From a virus (taxonomy: Duplodnaviria > Caudoviricetes), in IMG/VR virus record IMGVR_UViG_3300009161_000056, positions 1 through 54,676 of that record: a stretch of 54,676 nt of DNA, one strand, 5' to 3'. The notes beneath the pieces were generated by a model. The model ran no database searches and was not told where the DNA came from. It saw only the letters and a program-made list of their open reading frames with translations. The translations under genes were made by a program, and so were the position numbers. Below, piece after piece: positions 44,316 through 51,793 of the stretch. Positions within the stretch are counted from its first letter, which is position 1, and every line of letters begins with the position of its first letter.

Positions 44316-45548
44316 ATGTCGTCATTCAACTCCCCCTTCACAGGCAACGTCATCCAACCGACGGATGTTTCGTATCGCGAGATTTCAATAGCGAACACAA
44401 CCCTTCAATTGGAATGGCCCATCAACGGGAGTACAACCAATGATGCCGCCGCTCGTATTATGGAGGTCACCACAACTGGCGTTTCTGAGTTGTGGATGCC
44501 TCCTGCAAATCAGGCTTCGGTAGGGCAAGACGCACTGATTCGCAATATTGGTGGAGAAGACTTCACGGTCATGGACTACGCTGGAATTAACACGATTGTG
44601 ACCGTGTTGGTAGGCGAGGCTCAGTACATCTACATCACCGACAACGGTACTGAAGAAGGTGTTTGGGGCATCATTGCTTTTGGTATTGGTTCCTCTGGTC
44701 AAGATGCCGCCACTCTTGCTGGGTATGGCTTGTTGGCAATTGGTCAAACACTGAACCAGTCCCAGCCTGTTACAACTTTTTCCTCTAATTACACTGCGCT
44801 TACCACTGACCGCTCTAGCACCTATGTATGGACTGGTGGTGCGGGAACTTTGACTTTGAGCCTTGCGTCTACGCTTGCCGACAATTGGTTTATGTTTGTT
44901 CGCAACAGTGGAACGGGCGCTTTAACAATAACTGGAACTAGCGGTAACTTGGTAAACGGTTCTGCGTCAATTGTTTTGCAACCCGCAGACTCTTGCATCG
45001 TTGTTTGTAGTGGAACTCAGTTTTACACAGTTGGTTTGGGTCGAAATACGCAATTTGCGTTTACCCAATTATCTAAAGCAGTTTTGACTGGAACCTACAC
45101 CCTAACTGCTTCAGAGGCTTCTAACGTCATTCAGAAGTACACGGGCGCATTGACGGGCAACGTAACAATCATTGTTCCCTCTACGGTGCAGGTGTACTAC
45201 ATTGTCAATGCAACAACTGGTGCATACACGGTCACAATTTCAACGGGTTCTGGCGGTACTGCGGTTTTAACGACAGGAACTCAAGCCACATTGGTTTGTG
45301 ATTCAGTTAATTTGTATAACGCCAATACAATTCTTGCGGGTTCTTCAAACATTAGTTTAAACAATGGCTCTGTTGGAGCGCCTTCATTGAACTTTTCATC
45401 AGAAACCACAACAGGCGTGTACCGTGCGGCTTCTGGTGAGTTTAATATTTCTATTCTTGGTGTTTTGCGTTCAACAGTTTCTGCTTCTGGTTTAGCTATT
45501 GTTGGAACTGGTAACTTTACGGGTGGTGTTGCTGGCGGGACTTTCTGA
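44316..45548 (+). CDS. Tail structural protein
   Basis: 410 aa beta-rich; GSVGAPSLNF..TTGVYR; ends GGTF like the 35154 fibre. Confidence 0.7.
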   Translation: MSSFNSPFTGNVIQPTDVSYREISIANTTLQLEWPINGSTTNDAAARIMEVTTTGVSELWMPPANQASVGQDALIRNIGGEDFTVMDYAGINTIVTVLVGEAQYIYITDNGTEEGVWGIIAFGIGSSGQDAATLAGYGLLAIGQTLNQSQPVTTFSSNYTALTTDRSSTYVWTGGAGTLTLSLASTLADNWFMFVRNSGTGALTITGTSGNLVNGSASIVLQPADSCIVVCSGTQFYTVGLGRNTQFAFTQLSKAVLTGTYTLTASEASNVIQKYTGALTGNVTIIVPSTVQVYYIVNATTGAYTVTISTGSGGTAVLTTGTQATLVCDSVNLYNANTILAGSSNISLNNGSVGAPSLNFSSETTTGVYRAASGEFNISILGVLRSTVSASGLAIVGTGNFTGGVAGGTF

Positions 45549-47800
45549 TGGTCAAAAAAGTTTTTACCATTGACACGTTGCCGGGCGTCCAGCGCGATGG
45601 AACCGTGTTTGACCTGAACTTCTACACGGACGCTCGTTGGGTACGCTTTCAACGTGGTCGCCCAAGAAAAGTTGGTGGCTATCGCGCAATTGTCAGCAAT
45701 GCAAACGGATACTCTCGCGGCATATATGTCAACTCAGTCGATGGTGTCAACTCGGTTTTTAACGGGTACAACAACGGTCTTGAGGTTGTCAACATCAACA
45801 ACCTTGGCATTGGTTCTGGTGTTAATCAATTTACTTTTACAGGAAGAGCCTTAACGCTAAACACGCTTGTTGGTGGCTCTGGTTATGTAAACGCCACTTA
45901 TACGGCTGTACCGTTAACTGGGGGTTCTGGCTCTGGTGCAAAAGCTACCATTGTTGTATCTGGTGGTGCTGTGACCTCTGTGACTCTTACAAGTTATGGA
46001 AATAACTACGTTGTTGGCAATACATTGAGCGCATCAAACACCAATCTTGGTGGTAGTGGTTCTGGATTCTCAATTAAAGTTGCCACAATCACCACTTTTA
46101 CAGCAAGCGATTTAAACTTATGGCAGTTTGACTCTACGTTTGATGCTCAGGGTTCTGGAAACCAATTGCTATTGGCTCACGCTGGTCGTAACTTAGCGCA
46201 GATTGACCAAACAACGGTGACCCCAGTTTTGGCTGGAAACATCAATGGCACTACTTTGTCTCCGCTTACAGACACCAATGGAGCAACCCCAACAGGTGAC
46301 ATTATTGAAGTTGCTGGCGGTGTAGTGGTTTTGCACCCATACGTCTTTGTGTATGGAGACAACGGTTTAATCAAGAATTGTGTTGCTGGAGACCCATATG
46401 ATTGGAATGGTGCTGACTCCAACGAGACCAACGTGGCCTCCACAAAGATTGTCAAGGGTTTGCCAGTGCGAGGTGGCTCTAACGCTCCCTCTGGGCTGTT
46501 CTGGGCGTTAGACTCGTTGATTCGCGTCAGTTACACCCCAACCACCATAACGATTGCTGGAAACCCCCAAACCTTCTACTGGCGCTATGACATCATTTCC
46601 AGCCAGTCTTCTATTCTCTCCAGCCAGTGTGTCATTGAATATGACGGCATCTACTATTGGATTGGTGTTGACCGCTTCTTGATGTACAACGGCGTGGTTA
46701 AGGAAATAAAAAACACGTTCAATCAAAACTACTTTTTTGACAACTTGAACTATGCTCAACAGCAAAAAGTCTTTGTCAACAAAGTTCCACGTTTTGGTGA
46801 AATTTGGTGGTTCTTTCCTTCTGGCGATTCAGAAGAGTGCAACGACTGCATCATCTACAACGTGCGAGAAGATTGTTGGTATGACGCAGGCGAGGCTTTA
46901 GGCGCTCGTCGCACGGCTGGATACTTTTCTCAAGTGTTCCATTACCCCATCAATGCTGGGGCAACATTGAGTGAGCAGGAGGTTATTTTCTCTGCATCAA
47001 TCTCAACAACGAATGCAAGTGCTGTCATCACAATTTCCCCAAACAATTTAGTTGCTGTGGGTCAGCAAGTTGTATCTACAAGCGTACCTTCTGGGGCATT
47101 GGTCAGTTTGATTACGCCTAATGCGGCATCACCAACAGCAACTGGCACTTCTGGGGCAAGCACTATTGTGGTAAATAGTGCAACAGGCATAGTTTTAAAT
47201 CAATCCGTTGCAGGAACTGGTATTGGCGTGGGCGCTGTTGTGACCATTATTGCGGGAACGACCATCACTTTGTCTGTGGTCAACAGCAGTGCTGTATCAG
47301 GAACAATGTCGTTTTCTGGTTTGAGTTTGACTTTGTCTGCAAACGCAACGGCAACAATAATTGAAACCGCAAACTTTGATACCGTGGCTAATCAAATAAT
47401 TTTGTGGCAACATGAAATTGGAACTGACCAAGTTATTGATGAAACCACAGACGCTATTGAAAGTTACTTTGAAACAAGTGATTTGGGTTTTGTAGCTGGC
47501 GGGCCTTCCCAACCCGCACCAGTGGGCGAAAACTTTTGGGTCAATTTAGAGCGTGTTGAGCCTGATTTTATCCAAGAAGGCGAGATGACTTTTCAAGTGA
47601 TTGGTCGCCCCTACGCGCAGTCAGCAGACGTAGCGTCTGATCCTTATGTGTTTTCCCCAGATACGGGCAAAATTGATATGCGCCAGCAAAGGCGTGAAAT
47701 TCGTTTGCGTTTTAGAAGTAACGTAAGTGGTGGAAATTATCAAATGGGTAGGGTGTTGTTGAGCGTAACGCTTGGCGATGTCAGACCTTACGGAACTTAA
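45548..47800 (+). CDS. Tail nozzle/hub (P22 gp10 / tail tubular B-like)
   Basis: VRFQRGRPRKVGG, FGEIWWFFP, IIYN...WY, ERVEPDF motifs; two Gly/Thr-rich inserts. Confidence 0.75.
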   Translation: MVKKVFTIDTLPGVQRDGTVFDLNFYTDARWVRFQRGRPRKVGGYRAIVSNANGYSRGIYVNSVDGVNSVFNGYNNGLEVVNINNLGIGSGVNQFTFTGRALTLNTLVGGSGYVNATYTAVPLTGGSGSGAKATIVVSGGAVTSVTLTSYGNNYVVGNTLSASNTNLGGSGSGFSIKVATITTFTASDLNLWQFDSTFDAQGSGNQLLLAHAGRNLAQIDQTTVTPVLAGNINGTTLSPLTDTNGATPTGDIIEVAGGVVVLHPYVFVYGDNGLIKNCVAGDPYDWNGADSNETNVASTKIVKGLPVRGGSNAPSGLFWALDSLIRVSYTPTTITIAGNPQTFYWRYDIISSQSSILSSQCVIEYDGIYYWIGVDRFLMYNGVVKEIKNTFNQNYFFDNLNYAQQQKVFVNKVPRFGEIWWFFPSGDSEECNDCIIYNVREDCWYDAGEALGARRTAGYFSQVFHYPINAGATLSEQEVIFSASISTTNASAVITISPNNLVAVGQQVVSTSVPSGALVSLITPNAASPTATGTSGASTIVVNSATGIVLNQSVAGTGIGVGAVVTIIAGTTITLSVVNSSAVSGTMSFSGLSLTLSANATATIIETANFDTVANQIILWQHEIGTDQVIDETTDAIESYFETSDLGFVAGGPSQPAPVGENFWVNLERVEPDFIQEGEMTFQVIGRPYAQSADVASDPYVFSPDTGKIDMRQQRREIRLRFRSNVSGGNYQMGRVLLSVTLGDVRPYGT

Positions 47801-47801
47801 C

Positions 47802-48065
47802 ATGGCACTTCTTGCGCTTGTATACGACCCTCGGTATCACACATGGAACTCGTGGACGAGTCTTATGTGCGAGGCGTATGCGTCGCAACAGCTATCAATG
47901 AATACTCCAGAAGAGGATTGGAAGCAGTGGGCGGCGGGGTTGAAGGCGATTGATGTTTTTACAAACGAGGGCATCCCCGGCCCCTACATCTTTGAGAATT
48001 GGCAGGACTGGGCGCAGGCCATCGTCGGCGCTATAAACCAACCAACAGAGCAACCATACGAATGA
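47802..48065 (+). CDS. Trp-rich hypothetical protein (87 aa)
   Basis: ATG 1 nt after nozzle stop; ATGA overlap with ACP gene. Confidence 0.7.
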   Translation: MALLALVYDPRYHTWNSWTSLMCEAYASQQLSMNTPEEDWKQWAAGLKAIDVFTNEGIPGPYIFENWQDWAQAIVGAINQPTEQPYE

Positions 48066-48346
48066 TTGACTTTATTGAAATCTTCAACGTCGTGGCAAGG
48101 GTGGCAAAGCCCGTCCATATGTCTTTCAAGCCCGCCGAGGCTATGGAGGACGCAATGGCTGAATTGAACATTGACAGCTTGGATGGTTTGGTGATGCTAA
48201 TGTACTTCTGCGAAATCTACGGCGTAGACGACGAGACCAGCAAAGAATGGCACCCAACCACCGTGCAAGAGTGTCACGACCTGCTTATGGCCCACAAGAC
48301 CATAGAGCCTGAGTCCATTGAGAAGATCAAGGAGCAGATCAAGTGA
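48062..48346 (+). CDS. Acyl carrier protein-like protein
   Basis: 94 aa acidic; ELNIDSLDGL phosphopantetheine motif (Ser39); EIYGV and TTVQE match ACP helix pattern. Confidence 0.8.
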   Translation: MIDFIEIFNVVARVAKPVHMSFKPAEAMEDAMAELNIDSLDGLVMLMYFCEIYGVDDETSKEWHPTTVQECHDLLMAHKTIEPESIEKIKEQIK

Positions 48347-49458
48347 TCTACCTTACCCACTATCGGACGGCCTCCACAACCACGATCAACTTGTTTGACG
48401 ACATTGTCTACCCTCAGAAGGTTCACTGGTTCCCTGATACCTACGCCCGCGCCAAGAGCGGAATGTTCTACGTCCCTCACAAGCTCGCGGAAAAGGTTCT
48501 TGACCCTGAGTTGCTGACCTACTTGCGTGAGAATCAGGTAGGCAAGACTGCATTCATTTTGGCGGCTGGCAATGCCCACTTTGCTGGTATCAACCAGCGG
48601 CCCTACCCAAACAACAGCCTGAACTACGTCTACAAGTTCTTGCCATTCACCCTGACGCAGGTCTATGCAGGGCGGACTGCCCAAGCCTTTGGCAAGATGG
48701 ACATGGTGACGACCGATTCCTCGGCCTGCGCTTCCAGCCTCAAGGTGATGATGGATGTGCAGAACCTGATCAACCACTATCACTTTGATAGGGTCATCGT
48801 CCTGACCGTCGAGGATGGGATCACCAATGCCGTGTTGGAGTTTTTTGGCGAGGCCAAGGCCGTTTTGACCCAGAAGCAGGAAGAGACAGGCATTCAGCCC
48901 TCTGCTTTTGACAGCAAGAACTTTGGCTTCAGAATAGGCCAAGGAGCCGCGCTGGCGGTATTTGAGTCTGACTACGCCGTGGGTAAGCTCGATGCAACCC
49001 CTCACGCCCGTCTGGTTGGTGCCTACAGCGCGTCAGAAGCCTCTACAAACGCGATTGGACAGCTAGAGGATGGTGATGGCTTCTTCAAGGCAATCATGGG
49101 CGCTATGCACTATTCCAGCGTCTTAGCGGACGAAATAGGCATCGTCAAGACTCACGGCACGGGCACTGAGTCAAACAATAAAGCTGAAAAGACTGCCCTT
49201 CTAAACTCATTAGACCAGTTTGTTGCTACCTCGTATAAACAAAAAATTGGGCACACGATGGGTTCCAGTGGCCTATTGGAAACACTTTTATTGCTAGACG
49301 ATTTAAAATCTGGGTATGTGCCTGCGATTGAGAACAGAACAGAAACCGATTTGGTATTCCTTTCGGAATCAGTTTCCAAGCCAGATGGTTTGATTCTTAG
49401 TCTCGCGGCTGGTATGGGGAATATCTATTCCGCCGCAATATTCGAGGAACTGACATGA
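48343..49458 (+). CDS. Beta-ketoacyl-ACP synthase (FabB/FabF-like thiolase fold)
   Basis: SSACASS (Cys129), GQGAALAV, KTHGTGT (His271), SYKQKIGH (Lys299/His304). Confidence 0.9.
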   Translation: MIYLTHYRTASTTTINLFDDIVYPQKVHWFPDTYARAKSGMFYVPHKLAEKVLDPELLTYLRENQVGKTAFILAAGNAHFAGINQRPYPNNSLNYVYKFLPFTLTQVYAGRTAQAFGKMDMVTTDSSACASSLKVMMDVQNLINHYHFDRVIVLTVEDGITNAVLEFFGEAKAVLTQKQEETGIQPSAFDSKNFGFRIGQGAALAVFESDYAVGKLDATPHARLVGAYSASEASTNAIGQLEDGDGFFKAIMGAMHYSSVLADEIGIVKTHGTGTESNNKAEKTALLNSLDQFVATSYKQKIGHTMGSSGLLETLLLLDDLKSGYVPAIENRTETDLVFLSESVSKPDGLILSLAAGMGNIYSAAIFEELT

Positions 49459-49904
49459 ACATGATAGACAGCAGTCAACAGCAGTTGACCAGTGAGCAGA
49501 TCATTGAGATAGCCGCTGAGAACACCAAAGTTGGTCGCCCGATCAAAGAGGTCAAGGAGATGCTGACCGTTGAGTTTCGGATGCCTAACGTGTGGAAGAT
49601 GCGCGAAGGCAATACGCTTTTCATTGTTCACAAAAGCAAAGAGGCTGGCTATGGTTTCTTTCGCGCCTTGAATGCAGACAGTGCCCGTAACTTTTTACAA
49701 AATAGCCGAGTTTTTGCAGATGCCGCCTACAAGGTTGGCTTTGATGTGGTGGTGACTCAATTCAGTGACTTGAGCTTGCTTGGTTTGTTCAAGGCAATTG
49801 CCCGCGACCCTGTGCGTGAAGGCATGGGCTACAGCGCACAAAAGACAACCGATGGCGGACTGCAAGTTACGTTGGTGCTTGGCCCAGCGAGGGGAAATAA
49901 ATAA
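49455..49904 (+). CDS. Hypothetical protein, possibly GNAT-like acyltransferase
   Basis: 149 aa alpha/beta pattern; syntenic with T7 gp13/P22 gp14 position; fold is inferred. Confidence 0.45.
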   Translation: MNMIDSSQQQLTSEQIIEIAAENTKVGRPIKEVKEMLTVEFRMPNVWKMREGNTLFIVHKSKEAGYGFFRALNADSARNFLQNSRVFADAAYKVGFDVVVTQFSDLSLLGLFKAIARDPVREGMGYSAQKTTDGGLQVTLVLGPARGNK

Positions 49905-51790
49905 TGAGCGCCATAGTTAATGCAATTGTTGATGCTGTTGAAGGCATCGTTGAGGCTGTTGGTGACGTTGTCGAGACCGTTGTTGAGGTTGCAGGCAAGG
50001 TCATGGATGCGGTCGCAGAGAATCCTCTGTTGATTGTTGCGGCTATTGCGGCCCCGTATGCGCTAAGTTATCTTGCCGCAGAGGCTGGCATTGTGGGCGC
50101 TCTTGAGGTGGCTGGAACACTGGAGGCCGTGGAGGTTGGTACGGCTGTGCTGGAGGCCACTGAGGCTGTAACCGCAATTGCAAGCGCAGAAACTGTTGCC
50201 GCAACAACTTTGATTGAGGCTGGCGCTACAGTCGAAGCCGCCGCAACTGGCGCTTCTTTGGTTGCTGAAGGAGCAACGGTAGTTGAGGCTGTGTCTACTG
50301 CGTCCGCAGGCACTGTTACAACATCTAGTTTTGTCGAAGCCGCAAGCGGCGCTTTTGATGCTGTGACAAATGCGGCAAGCACCCTATCGCAGGGCGCAAA
50401 TAATATTCTTACAACCATTGGCGAGACTTTGTTGCCTGATGCCAGCGCGTCAGTTCAGCAATTGGCTGGCAAGGTTGCAATCAATACCGCAACCAATGGT
50501 GGTGACTTTGGTCAAGCCCTGACAGATTCTTTGATCTCTGTGGGTACTGGCTTTGTTGGTAGCGAGATCGCCGCTGAGACTGGCTCAAAAATAGTTGGTC
50601 AGGTTGCGTCCTCAACATTAAACTCCGCCGCGCATGGACAGAATGTTGACTTTGGAACAATTGGAACCAGCCTTCTTGGTGCTACGGTTGCAAATGAAGT
50701 TACTGATTTGACTGGTTCTAACCTTGCTGGTAAGGCCGCTGGATCAATTACCAGAGATGTCATCAACGACAAGGACGTTGGCACTGGCCTATTGACCCTT
50801 GGCGCAAATGAGTTGGGCAATGTGGTTACGGGCCAGATTGGAGACTACGTTGACAAGACTGCGTTGAGCGGTCAAACCACTGGCACCGACTCTAGCACCA
50901 ACAGTACAACGCTTACGGGCGACGACAACAACCAAATCGTCACCAATTTTGGGGGCAGTACGGATGTCAACGATATTATTTCGGACATCAACGGCGCAAA
51001 CGATACAAACACAGACACCACAAAAGGCGCGTTGACAACTATTGCCAACTCTAATTTGGCGGGTACAGACTCAACCACAAACAACACATCAACTTCTGAT
51101 ACAACTGTCAACGGTACGCTCACAACTGGCACTGGTTTAACTGGCACTAGCTTGACTGGCCTAGGCGATGAAGAAGATGACGACATTGTTGTAACGGGCG
51201 GCACTCCAACAACCACTGGCACCGATACCACCACTGGCACGGTGACGGTTACTGGCGCAGACACCACTGGGTCTACCACACCTGTCGGCGGTCTAACCAC
51301 AGCAACAAATAACTTGCTTGGTACTGACACAACTGCTACTGATACAACAGCAACCACCACAACTGGCGGTTTGAATACGTTGGCGCAAAACACTGACACT
51401 GTTACTGGTGGTACAGGCACTGACACTGTTCAAGGCGTAACTGGAACCGATACGGTGACCAGCGGCTCTGGCACATCAAACGTCACAAGTGGACTTGGTG
51501 GCACGTTGGTCAAGAAGCTCATTGGCGACACAACCAAGAAAGTTGCTGGCACCGCAACAAGGGGTGCAATCAACAGCGCCGTGACTGGCAAGAAGATGCC
51601 AGCCTTGTCAGTTCCAAAGGCTTTGACAGGTTCTGCGTTGTCTGCAATCCAAAAAGCCGCACCTAAAAAGGTAGACATTTCCAAGCTGTCGCCTGCAACA
51701 AAATCAGTCCCCGTCAAGGTGGATGTGAGTAAACTGACACCACTCGCAAACATTTCAGGGTTGACTTCTCTCTTAAAGAAATCGGGGTAA
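49904..51790 (+). CDS. Putative internal virion/ejection protein
   Basis: Amphipathic then hydrophobic N-terminus, A/G-rich helices, Thr-rich region, basic C-terminus. Confidence 0.65.
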   Translation: MSAIVNAIVDAVEGIVEAVGDVVETVVEVAGKVMDAVAENPLLIVAAIAAPYALSYLAAEAGIVGALEVAGTLEAVEVGTAVLEATEAVTAIASAETVAATTLIEAGATVEAAATGASLVAEGATVVEAVSTASAGTVTTSSFVEAASGAFDAVTNAASTLSQGANNILTTIGETLLPDASASVQQLAGKVAINTATNGGDFGQALTDSLISVGTGFVGSEIAAETGSKIVGQVASSTLNSAAHGQNVDFGTIGTSLLGATVANEVTDLTGSNLAGKAAGSITRDVINDKDVGTGLLTLGANELGNVVTGQIGDYVDKTALSGQTTGTDSSTNSTTLTGDDNNQIVTNFGGSTDVNDIISDINGANDTNTDTTKGALTTIANSNLAGTDSTTNNTSTSDTTVNGTLTTGTGLTGTSLTGLGDEEDDDIVVTGGTPTTTGTDTTTGTVTVTGADTTGSTTPVGGLTTATNNLLGTDTTATDTTATTTTGGLNTLAQNTDTVTGGTGTDTVQGVTGTDTVTSGSGTSNVTSGLGGTLVKKLIGDTTKKVAGTATRGAINSAVTGKKMPALSVPKALTGSALSAIQKAAPKKVDISKLSPATKSVPVKVDVSKLTPLANISGLTSLLKKSG

Positions 51791-51793
51791 ATC

